Positions 11,401 through 22,593 of a DNA stretch of 64,000 nt are shown here, one piece after another (the first letter of the stretch is position 1; every line of letters starts with the position of its first letter). The notes under the pieces are model-generated. The model was not told the DNA's origin, did no database searches, and worked only from the letters and a program-made list of their open reading frames with translations. Both the position numbers and the translations under genes were made by a program. The stretch comes from Antedon mediterranea (Eukaryota > Animalia > Echinodermata): NCBI RefSeq assembly GCF_964355755.1, contig NC_092673.1:4216001-4280000 (forward strand), given 5' to 3'.

Positions 11401-14400
11401 GTCTATATGTAAGTAAAAAGCAGTATCTTGCAGGATAAAATAGCATTCAGAGTTTGTATTGAGAAACAGTATATCTTACCTTAATGTACTTGAATGGAGC
11501 AGGCTTCTTGTCATTCTCCTGCTTGTCTTTTGCTACACGCTTTTCTTTTATTGCTTTCCACTCTTTAAAATTAGCGGTGGCTTCAACAAGTGCTGTAAAA
11601 GAATGAATATTTATGATGCATGTCAGAGGTCTCTAGGCTACTTGGCACCCACTCTAGGCTACTTGGCACCCACTCTAGGCTCCTTGCCACCCACTCTAGG
11701 CTCCTTGCCACCAACTCTAGGCTACTTGCCACCCACTCTAGGCTACTTGCCACCCACTTTAGGCTACTTGCCACCACCTCTAGGCTACTTGCCACCACCT
11801 CTAGGCTACTTGCCACCCACTCTAGGCTCCTTGCCACCAACTCTAGGCTACTTGCCACCCACTCTAGGCTACTTGCCACCAGCTTTAGGCTACTTGCCAC
11901 CACCTCTAGGCTACTTGCCACCACCTCTAGGCTACTTGCCACCCACTCTAGGCTACTTGCCACCCACTCTAGGCTACTTGCCACCAACTCTAGTCTACTT
12001 GCCACCCACTCTAGGCTACTTGCCACCCACTCTAGGCTACTTGCCACCCACTCTAGGTTACTTGCCACCCACTCTAGGCTACTTGCCACCCACTCTAGGC
12101 TACTTGCCACCCACTCTAGGCTACTTGCCACCCACTCTAGGCTACTTGCCACCCACTCTAGGCTACTTGCCACCCACTCTAGGCTACTTGCCATCCACTC
12201 TAGGCTACTTGCCACCCACTCTAGGCTACTTGCCACCCACTCTAGGCTACTTGCCACCCACTCTAGGCTACTTGCCACCCACTCTAGGTTACTTGCCACC
12301 CACTCTAGGCTACTTGCCACCCACTCTAGGCTACTTGCCATCCACTCTAGGCTACTTGCCACCCACTCTAGGCTACTTGCCATCCACTCTAGGCTACTTA
12401 ATACAGTTGGAATATTCATTTGCAGGGACCATGAATATGCATTAGTACTTGTGCTAAGGCAAAGTGCCAATTATGCGTACATACCTTGTTTAAACACTGC
12501 AGCAATACCCTTGGAAGTCGTACTATCTCTACTGCCTTTATCGCCTTCTTGAAATGCAAAAACGCGAGCCTGATGCGTCCAAAAGTAGTCATTAGAACCA
12601 AAAAAATGCACAGGAAATTCTCCAACTTGGTGCGTTTTTTCTTGGATGTTAAGCGGCACGTTTCTGGGAATGCACACTCTTCCTGGCCACCACCTGTAGT
12701 TTCCAACTTTGACCCAAACGATGTCATCATATTGAGGGCGCTTGCCATTGCTACAATCTCGGCAGAACCAACGCCCGTCTGGAATGCTTGCGTATCCAAT
12801 ACAGTCTGGATGAAATGCAGCAGGACAGCTCTCACAACAGAGTAGATTACCACCTACAACAGATATAAATATTTATTGTAAAAACAATTGATTATTAGTA
12901 CAGTAGAACCTGTGTTTTACGTACCCTGATTTTACGTTCCCTCGATTTTACGTACGCTAAAAATAACCGATGACGTCATCATTTTCTTACATTGAGGGCG
13001 CAATTTAACAACAACAAAGCACACAAAGCCACAAGCATGGCTGTGTGAGGAATTCTGCTGTGTGTGGGACAAGCTACGCACGACGTGCATTCCCCATAAA
13101 GCAGCGACTGTTTTTTTTTTATAGAAAACAATTATATTTTACACTTTATTTAAACATCGCACAGCCTGTATATACTGTACTTTTCTAGTTAGGCCTCACA
13201 TCTTGCTAGGCCTGCTAGCCTGGCCTGAATAGTCTAGGCAAGGCCTAGCTAGTCTAGCTAGTGACCACCTGCATAATGTACAGAAGGCAAACACGGCCAG
13301 CTACGATCTCTACGTATTTGGGGTCAATTTAAGGTCAACCTTGATTTTACGAATCCTTTGTTTTACGTACGCCTTTTGGTCCCGTACCGTACGTAAAATG
13401 GAGGTTCTACTGTAAATAGCAACGTAATCTAAACCGGTCAAAAGGTGGGTGAAAATAATCTCCCCTCACTTTTAGAACGACTACATATACATACAGTATC
13501 TCAATTGCAATTGTCATATGATCATATAGCGAATAAATTTGCGTACATAAAAATAAGCTTATAAGCATCAAAGTTAATTATAATTATTTTCGATGTTTTA
13601 CAAGCAAAAAACGTAAAAACATTTTCCCGGACGCTCATACCTTTAGAACATGTGAAGCACCAACTAACGCTAACGTGTGAATGATGTTTCTGTGTCTTGA
13701 TTGGTTGAAAATGTCGACTACAGACAATGGCATTTGATGCCAACACCATACTTCCTGCTGCTATACAGGAGTCACCATAATGGTATGCAGTTGGACAACG
13801 AACACAACGCATCAAGCGCCCTGAAATAAATTATACAAAATCAAATTATACAAATTTTAATAAAACTTTTTGTTTCCATTTTTCAAATGAGAGAAACGGT
13901 AATTTTAATTTAGACAAGTAGTATACATGTCTACTATCAGGTGTATGTATTTGGTTAATTTAACGTTCATCCCTTATCTGTCACCCAAAACGAAAGCTTC
14001 TTAGTCTTTAAAAAAAAAAAAGAATATTAAATAACCATAAAAAAAGAAAAGAAAGAAACGTTACCTTTAGAAGCTTTTATATTTTTGGGGTTCTCAGCTG
14101 CACATGCTGTGCAGGTGTGCAGAGGGCAGATGAATCCTCGATTATCAAACCGTGCTTGAGGGAATGTCTTGACACACAACTCGTGGTAGAATTTACCACA
14201 TACCGATACATTGCACCTTTTAACGGTATCATCACCTTTTTTGCATATAAAACAGCAATGAACACCTGGAATATGTAAATTATGAATTTATGAGTTAATA
14301 TTAATAATATGAATATGGATTGTGACAAGCTATCTGCTATTCTTGCCTGTAGTTATGAAATGGCACAGCATTCAACAAGCATGATTTTTATAATTATGTA

Positions 14401-17400
14401 CGCACATCTTTTTATATATGCCAGTCCTCTATAAATGCTACCAAAATTTGCAATATTTTCATGGAAATACATGAAAAATCTCTTTACAATTAGCAAGATT
14501 ATATTCTTTTGAATGTAAAAGTGAATTTAAATATTTAATACATGGTTAGATATTTTCTACCTACCAGATATACACTCATCACATTTAAATGTACCCGTAG
14601 GCATAACGCCAAGACCGATGCAGTCAAGATGAAATGCTCCGCAACAGCTGCCCTCGCATAGCAACAATTCCCCAGGTGTTTCGCACACCTGACAGACATT
14701 TTCTTTACGTGACGCACCGGCACCGGTGGTGGTGGTAGCTTTTCCGTTGGCGTGACTTTCATCACTGGAACTCGCTCCTGTTAAAGAATACATGATGGGT
14801 GCGTTTGTTAGCAATGCACATGCATGGTTGAAATACAAACATATTATTTATTTTACTTCATTTTGAAGACAAACCTTGATATGAAGGTCAAGTGTGACTT
14901 AAGCTTCGTCTACACTATCAAACTAGTTTGACAAAAAGTGTGATGCACCCAAATATGGTGGTGATATGCCCAAATATGGTAGTGGTAGTAGACATCACCA
15001 TGTCCATAGATGGGCATATCACATTTTTTTTTTTTCACAATTTGATAGCGTAGAACCCCTCCTTTGCGACACATCTATGCAGAGATTAATAGAGGTTCTT
15101 CTGTACATTACGTTAGTTTCTTTAGTTGGGTTTAATTTGTTGTTTTTGCATGCAAACATTCAATTTATAATTTTCTGCGTGACTAAAGTGACTTAAGTTT
15201 GGTTCTCATTAAAGACATACAGTAGTTACAATAACAACGCAACTAATTTTATCAATAACAAGCGTTAGTTCTAATGAGTAATTTCTTAAGGTTAGTCCAC
15301 ACAAAAAATGTGTGATGTGTCCAAATATGGTAGTGATATGCTTAAATATGGTAGTGATATGACATTTTCATGTCCATTTATGGGCACATCACAATTTTTT
15401 GTCGCACAAAGTTTGATAGTGTAAATATAGTTTTAGTGTGAACCAAACTCTATAGTGTTTTTCATCTTTCAAAAATGTTTGAATACATATTATGTAAAAA
15501 GATCTTTTCAGACAAAAACAAGGTTGTTCAGTTTTAGAATGATTAGAATATTATAGCAGTTAGCTAGTACTTTTAGAAAAGAATATTAGATAAATACGAA
15601 ACAAACACAAGATTAAGAATGCCTGATGTTAATTAAATGAGCTAATAAATATAATAGAATAGATGTGCATGAAAAACTACATTACATAACTACTAGTGAT
15701 ACACAATTCCAAACTCTGTTACAACTTCAAAAACAAGGCATGCATGTTCAACAGTAGCACTACTGATGATATCTTCGCTACTTGATAAATGACACATCAC
15801 ACAGTTAGGTTTTTCTTATCACAACAAATATTTAATACAATTTATTCAAAAAATAATAATTTCATGTACCAGAGTTTGGATTTGAGATCATCAGACACCT
15901 CAAATGTTATAACTTGACTGGGCTTAATAGCCAAGGTAAATAAAAGGTACTTTGGTTACATTTATAGGTAAATATTTAGGTAATTTCAAACAAACTTCAG
16001 TATGCATGGAGCTACAGTTACTATTACTGGACATTAATCTATTGACTATGTTAAACACTAGACTCAATTCCATCTTGTCCTGCACCTAAAGACCTCAAAA
16101 TTTTTTGAGAATAAAATTGGAATTTTGTGATATTTGAAAATGAAAATGTTCCGGCCCGTTTCCGGTCTGGCGAATCGAACATCAATGTTTCGTTTTCATG
16201 ATGCTCCACAAGGCTATGCGCCAATCGATATGTTTCGCGTGAAACATTGACGTTTGATTGGATTTTCCGGCGCCGGACCGGAACAGGTGTTAAAGACCCT
16301 TAACACAGGTTTGGTTATTTTATCTAAAGTGATAGGTTTGCATCAATCTGCTAATCCTACTATACTTAATATAAATTAAAATGTTAAAATACCTAAGCTA
16401 TTAAATAAATACAGTAGTAGTAATACTGATATTAAACTAAAATAGAAAACAATGTATATTAAAATGTATACATTAATGTAAAAGGATTCTATTTATTTAT
16501 TTATGATTGTCAATATATTGTAAATCAAAGTGTATGGTATACACATTGAAAACTTATTTCATTGTGTACTGGTTAGAATTTAGGTTCAGATTCCAAGAGA
16601 AAGAAAAGGGTCTAACCACTACCCTCCACATCAACAATCTAAATTTTGTTTTGGCATACATACGCCTAAAAGACTAAAATGTTTTTTAGAAAGACAATGG
16701 TTAAATTTACAGTTTACAAAAGAAATGTACTATATTACATTTTATATTACAATCCTAAAAATGTAAATTTTTCCTCACCACCATACTTACTCTATTACAA
16801 AATTTTAATATATTAACTTTATACATTATTTACATAATTAATGTACAAATGCTCAAAAAATATATAAATATACACCTTTTTTTTAAATATTGTGTATATA
16901 GATTTTGTATATTATATATACAAAACAAGTTCCGAATTAAGTTGTAATCTAAATACAAACGACACTGAGGTAAGTACACAATTTAAAGGAGTTATGGATG
17001 AACAATATCTAGTTTATTTAAATGCAAGAAATATTCATTTACCACTGGCTGGATTATTGTTCTCAATGGTATTAGCCTCCACTGCACCAGCCGGTTTTTC
17101 CTTTTCTGTTTGTTGATTTGCCTGTGTTAAAAAGAGAAATATTTCACCTTTTTTTAATAATAAATTCTTGTAAATTAGGACTGCTGTGTGTAAAAAACCT
17201 ACTTTGTAGAAGTAACAAAAATACAAGAACATTTTTTATTAATGACATTTGGTTTGTTTAAATTACTTTTTTAAATAGGTGATAAGAAACATAGCTCCCT
17301 AAATATAGAATTTAAGGATTCCTATCTTAAAAAGCAAGATAAATAAAACTAAAGGGCAGTAATGGCACCTGTTGAAAACCACATCGCTTGTCCCACATAC

Positions 17401-20400
17401 AATCTGTATCTATCCTAAACAGAAACCTCCCATTCGATCGTTGTGTAAATTGTCATAAGGAATAACATAGATTCTATATTTTGTATTACTGTTACCACTC
17501 GACTGTGTAAATTGGCCTTAAAGCCACAAACAACACCAAAGGGCATTAACACTATAGCCTAAATTTGATCAAATTACATCATATCACTCTCTCTATAACA
17601 AAATCTGCTGAACTTTTATTTTTATAACAAATTTATCTCTTACTGACCTCTAATGAAGATTCAAGTAATTTCTTAGATTTTCTTTTTCTGCTTTTCTTGG
17701 ATGGATCGTATGTAATAACATCAGGCGGAATGACACTATCTGACTTTGGAATGCTTTCTACGGGTTTAATGGGTTCTTTTACCGGCATTGCTCTTTGTCG
17801 TTTCGTCGAAGGAGTCTTTGCCTTTTGACTGGGGGTAGCGGCAGCTTGTTGTTTACCAGGCTTCTCTTTTGGCGTCTCTTGCTTTTCCTTAGCCTAAAAA
17901 TAATATTTTCAAGTTGTTACTAAATTCTGGGGACATTTCAAAAAAAGGAGTTTGATTACATCATACTGGTGGCTGTATGGTACCAAAGGTGAAGATCCTT
18001 CCTCAAATTAAACCTGTTAAATATTGTATGATCTGTACCTTTAAAGAAGAGAATTTTTCTTTTTTGTTGATTCAGTAGTACTTTCCTTCTATTGGATCAA
18101 CAAAAAGAAAAATTCTCTTCTCTAATATTAGGATCCAGATGAAATTATTTCAAGATTGTACAGTACCTTTAAAGTTTTAGCCATTTCAGGTGAAAATCCA
18201 ATACTGTCAAAGTCTGCTTCTTGCATCTTTAGAGAAGGCCGTGACTCGCGTTTGGATCGCTTCGTTGGAGTCACAGGCTTACCATCGCTATCATCCTCTC
18301 TTTGTTTCCCTGTCGAGACGAATAATAATTACCCTTCATTGAATACAAATATAGTACAGTACATGATAATTAAAATTTATTGAATACAATTACAAACATA
18401 TTACATGATAATTAAAATTTATTTTACAAAATTATATTATATAATATAGCCAAGAAAAGTATTTAATGTAGAGAAAGTCAACTCAATAAAATTCTGTCAA
18501 TCTAGCTGCATCATATCTGTAGCAGTGTATTATAACTAATGTTTTACTGTAATATAGTAAACACACTACAATGTAGATAAGTAATAAATGAAAGCATCTG
18601 TGAAGATCAATATGAAATCAGAAAGAAACTGAACAAGACTCTACAACCCTTTCTGTAACAAAATACATTATCACACTCTTAAAATATGTTATTTATTTAA
18701 TTTAACAAAAAAATATAATACTTACTCTTTTTCTCAGGAACTGGTTTGACTGGTGTGGGATTATATTGTGCTTTTTCATCTTCTGGCAGAGCGTCCCATT
18801 TTTCCTCCAGGATTGTATAAATTCCTTTTTTACCCACTCCTGGATTTTCCTTCTCCACTTCATCCCAAAAAACCTTGCTGTACTCCACAAATGGCAAAGG
18901 TTTTCTACCCCTCTTTTTCTTAGTAGGAGATTCAGCCTCGGAAGATGCCTCTTCCTCGGATACTTTTAATTTCTTTTTGTACTGCCGCTTCTGTTTAACG
19001 GGCAATGGCGTGGTAACCTGATCAGTGGCAGATTCTTCCAACTCCGAAGTCTGACTTTTCTCTTCTTCCTGAGATTTCTCATTGGTGGATTTCTTTGGCA
19101 CTAACGGAATCGATGTTGATACAGCGGCAGCTTCATCGTCCTGATGCTTTTTGTAAGCTCGTTTTGCTTTCATTTTTGGTGAGTCTCCAAGAGATACGAT
19201 ATCAATTTCTTCTGTAGTTGCACTACCTAACCCTGCTTTTGGCATTTCATACTTAAATGTGAAGTTTAGTTTACGTTCGTGTCTGCTCATAGGAAGCGCC
19301 CGTACGCACTCGGTGACGGCTACATCCCAAGCAGGCTTTCGGTTTGGTTTTAACGAGTTCTTCTGTAACACTCTCTGTCTATCAGTTTTGTTTTTTATCT
19401 TAGCCACAAGTTCCTTTATAAGAGAATCATATTGTTCTCTACTTGCAAATTTGCGCATACTTGCTCCGCTAACCCAGCCTCTTTCTGGCACCTCACCAAA
19501 AAATTGAACGTGGTACATTCTGTAACTCTTTACACCACCACCTACAAAGCAAAGGATATCATTAATGTTTAATATTTTAGGTATCAAATTGATTTGCTTC
19601 AAGTACAGTAAAATATTTTAATAACATACAAACTGATGTAAATAAAAATGTGCCATATACTTAGAAGAATATAATTACTTGCCTTTCATTCTTGTATATA
19701 TTCCAAGATTTGGATCATAAGCCACCATGCATGGCCACCATGGATGTCCACTTACTTTTGACCAAACAAGATCACCAACCAACCACTCGCAAGGCTTCTC
19801 ATCAAATCCCACCACTGGCATCAGGTTGGCACCAGTTGCCGCAGCGCCTGCAACGGCTTGTTTCAGAAGTGCAGACTTTCCAGCTTTAACAGTCTCTTTC
19901 TTTTGAGCCACGGTTAAGGCGGTTGCCTCCTTGCTATCATCGGACTGCGAATCTGATGACTTTTCCTCAGATTTTTCTTTTACTTCCTCGGTCTCCTCAG
20001 CAGAGCTTTTGGAATCACTTTGATCACCTTTGGCATCTGGAGAAGGTTCCGACTTTGATGGCTGTTGTTCTTGTACTGGATCAACAGATTCAGACTGAAT
20101 TTTATCAGTGCCACTTTCTTCTGCTGCTGGTGGTGGTGGTAAATTTGATGGAGGAACCGATTTTGGTGGATTTTGGGAAGTCGGTGGGTACGTTGAATAG
20201 GGTTGGTAAGGTACCTGTTGCGCTGTTGCCATCTGCGGTACTGGGTGTTGAACAGTGGGGTGGCCAGGAGGTTGAGTTGTTGATGGTTGAGGATAGCCAG
20301 ACATGGCAGCTCTCTGGTCTGGTTGGAAAGGTCTATTATACGTCTGCTCATATCTTTGACTTGGTTGTTGATACGGCATTGGTTGGGCTATGTACTGTTG

Positions 20401-20823
20401 ACTCATGGGATGCATTGGATTAGAATACGGTTGTTGGTAACCAGAGGGCGGTGGATAATATTGTTGTCCATACGACTGAGGTGGATATGGTCCTTGGGAA
20501 TATGCCTGAGGATATTGCGAATAGACAGGTTGTTGTCCAGTCTCCTGTTGGTGAAGAGGTTGCGCTATTTTATGATACGTAGGACCCGGTACCGGGTTAA
20601 CTGGAATGTGACCAAACCCCTGAGGGCTTTGACTGTACGGTGGCATCGATGACATTGTATGTGTTCCAGATGGGCTGTAGGTTTGTCGTTGAGGTGAATC
20701 AACACTGCTGTACAGCGGTGGTATTGGTGGCAATGGGTTTCGATGTTCACCAGGATTCATGTTGTTTACATTGGTATTAGTGATTGTATCAGCAACTGAT
20801 GTATTTGATGAAGTTGTTCCCAT
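8436..20823 (-). CDS. NSD2: Histone-lysine N-methyltransferase NSD family (NSD2-like; PWWP, HMG-like, PHD fingers, PWWP, AWS-SET-postSET, PHD-C5HCH)
   Basis: 15 coding exons: 20823-19683, 19541-18726, 18309-18167, 17893-17648, 17121-17043, 14777-14565, 14265-14065, 13820-13641, 12853-12485, 11592-11480, 11256-10981, 10731-10473, 9996-9890, 9637-9439, 9142-8436. Motifs: [13 protein letters not shown] (PWWP1), HMG-like [18 protein letters not shown] fingers, GNYRWWPG (PWWP2), [11 protein letters not shown] and ELNFNY (SET), CPWHHCDEC (C5HCH). A probable 5'UTR exon ends at 21321. Probably co-orthologous to NSD1/2/3. Confidence 0.95.
9224..9369. mobile_element. MITE family A copy
   Basis: TIR-like ends and the shared internal sequence; in the last NSD intron. 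Confidence 0.8.
9748..9870. mobile_element. MITE family A copy
   Basis: Perfect TIRs with a TTA target-site duplication on both sides. Confidence 0.88.
10305..10461. mobile_element. MITE family A copy
   Basis: TIRs and shared internal sequence; ends 11 bp from an NSD SET exon donor. Confidence 0.85.
10899..10970 (-). mobile_element. tRNA-derived SINE head / tRNA pseudogene
   Basis: Minus strand GGGCTGTAGCTTGGTGGTTAACATGCTTGCC...GGTTCGGAGTTCAATCCTGAC: A-box and B-box-like motifs, poor acceptor stem. Confidence 0.55.
11631..12399. repeat. 21-bp minisatellite (CTCTAGGCTACTTGCCACCCA)n, about 36 copies, in an NSD intron
   Basis: Directly visible array with minor variants (ccacct, ccaact, tccact); it explains the repetitive ORFs [14 protein letters not shown] and SSLEWVA. 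Confidence 0.97.
12901..13412. mobile_element. Tc1/mariner (pogo/Tigger-like) MITE
   Basis: TA|CAGTAGAACCTGTGTTTTACGTAC ... GTACGTAAAATGGAGGTTCTACTG|TA: TIRs with TA TSD and subterminal TTTTACGT repeats. Confidence 0.8.
14902..15052. mobile_element. MITE family A copy (degenerate)
   Basis: GTCTACACTATCAAACTAGTTTGACAAAA...TTTGATAGCGTAGA. Confidence 0.75.
15288..15432. mobile_element. MITE family A copy (degenerate)
   Basis: Shared internal sequence, right TIR AAGTTTGATAGTGTA. Confidence 0.7.
16146..16300. mobile_element. Palindromic MITE remnant
   Basis: GC-rich island with inverted arms GTTCCGGCCCG/CGGACCGGAAC and AATCGAACATCAATGTTTC/GAAACATTGACGTTTGATT. Confidence 0.55.
17386..17520 (-). 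mobile_element. MITE family C fragment (TIR AGGCCAATTTACACAG)
   Basis: Reverse-complement match to 25851-26020 (CAGTAATACAAAATATAGAATCTATGTTATTCCT, GGATAGATACAGA). Confidence 0.65.
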
Positions 20824-21320
20824 GCATATCAATTACAGAAATAATTGGCTGCTACCTACAGTAAAAAAATTAAGATTTCATTTTTTAGTAAATTTAAAAT
20901 ATTTATTAAGGTATGTCACGTAAAAGGAAAACATCAAATATGATTGATGCGACATTAAATATTATATAATTTCTAAATAAACAAAAAAAAGGCCTCGTAG
21001 TTAGATAGCAAATTGGAAAAATGATACCCACTAACAGGCTGTACAGTAGCATAAGCCTACATGACATGGTCTGTCTGAATAAGGAAGCTAAACAAATACA
21101 ATAATAGGCCAGGCTAGGCTATTAATATACTTTTAGAATTCTCTTACAAAAATAAAGAATAAAAATGCTGATTTTTTAAAGATAATTATTCTAAATATAT
21201 AAAGCAACAATCCAGTTGATGAATCTATATGAATAAATCCAAACTTCCATGTTAATTATTAAAAAGTTGAGTTGAAAATCACTTGATTTGGGTAAAAAAT
21301 AAAATTAATGGAAAACTCAC

Positions 21321-22221
21321 AGAATTGGCTGCAAAATTATGCCTTATTAATAGATGTTATTAACCACCAATTGCAAATAATCATAGTTTGAATTGTTACT
21401 ACAAATGTGAAGTATAATTTGGTGTAGTTAATTGCTAGTATCGTTTCAATTTAGTGGAAAAACAGTAAACAGAGCAAAAATGTTTGCATGAACTGTTGAG
21501 AAATTCGGCCATCTTGATAACATGCTTGAATAAAATTTGGACTTATTTTGCTTATTTACAGCTAAACTACAAATTTCTATACTATAATGATTTACTGAAA
21601 TTTACACGACAACAAAACTGTATTCAGTTTAATAATATCATAGTGAATATATTGCTAACCTGCTAAAATATAACAATATTTGAAATATTTTCAGCTTCGA
21701 TATTTTCTACCTCGTACACAAGAAAGAACTCTCCCATACAACCGAACATAATCCGATAGGGCACGGCGCCAAAATCTTTCTAATTTCATTGGACAACGAA
21801 TATGTACGAATAATTACGATTCAATGCGGAAATAGCCGAGTTGTTGTAAAACTAAATATTTCATGAAATATATAATCTGCATGTCACTATAAAAAACACA
21901 GTTTTATATCAAATTTATACAAAATAAGTATTGTTAAATTTACAATATTATAAATTCGTAAAATATACCGTTTTTAATGTTATGATGATACGTTAAGGTT
22001 AAAGGTTACATATTATGTAAAATAATTATTGCAATGACATCTACCAAAAGGTGATCTACCATACAAGCTCACCCTTATCTAGCTAAATTAACATGGCTGT
22101 ATATCACCGTATTGCTGAGTTCCCCTCGCGGAAAAGGCTGGTGTTTATGTTTTTTACGCGAGAAGGTTCAACACTATAAATAAAGACACAATCATTGTAT
22201 TGAATTAAAAGGTTTTATTGG
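21321..22221. promoter_or_regulatory. Probable bidirectional promoter and first non-coding exons of NSD (-) and the F-box gene (+)
   Basis: Donor-like sites at 21320 (-, CT|GTGAGT) and about 22222 (+, GG|GTAAAT). YY1-like CAAGATGGCCG on - at 21506-21516, AACATGGC on + near 22090, and an ATTGG (CCAAT) box near 21788. Confidence 0.5.
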
Positions 22222-22593
22222 GTAAATAAATAAGTGTTGTTAGAACTGATAGAATAACAATCAAAAAGATATTATTATGATTTGATTCATATACCATTGT
22301 TGTCTTATCTGGCTTTTTGTGGCCGAGGGTAGGGTCAGGCTAGGCCTAAAAAAAACACCTTCTGACCAGCCGCTGGATTTTTACACCTTTTTCGAGTAGG
22401 TGAGTCATTTCGCCCCTGTACAAGAACCAAGGAAGTATGAACACACAGAAAATGAAGCAGCCATAATTTATGGTTAATATGTTTATGTATAAGATATTGA
22501 TTCTTTTCTGAATAAAGTCTTGTTTTTGAAATTATAATTTATTGTAATTTAATAAATAAAAACTAATTTATGTTATTTTATTTTGTTAGAAAC

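Noticed and set aside
11631-12399. CRISPR-like array
   Set aside because: Head-to-tail repeats without unique spacers, eukaryotic context, no cas genes.
11459-12552. Three long ORFs (328, 310 and 295 aa) with LGYLPPT / SRLLATH / SSLEWVA repeats
   Set aside because: Artefacts of a stop-free 21-bp minisatellite inside an NSD intron; intron retention in the NSD frame hits a stop within 5 codons.
15870-15920. Possible extra small NSD exon ([15 protein letters not shown])
   Set aside because: No acceptor/phase combination compatible with the flanking phase-1 exons was found.
19692-20750. Several overlapping ORFs over the first NSD coding exon
   Set aside because: Shadow frames of a GC-richer coding exon with no recognisable motifs.
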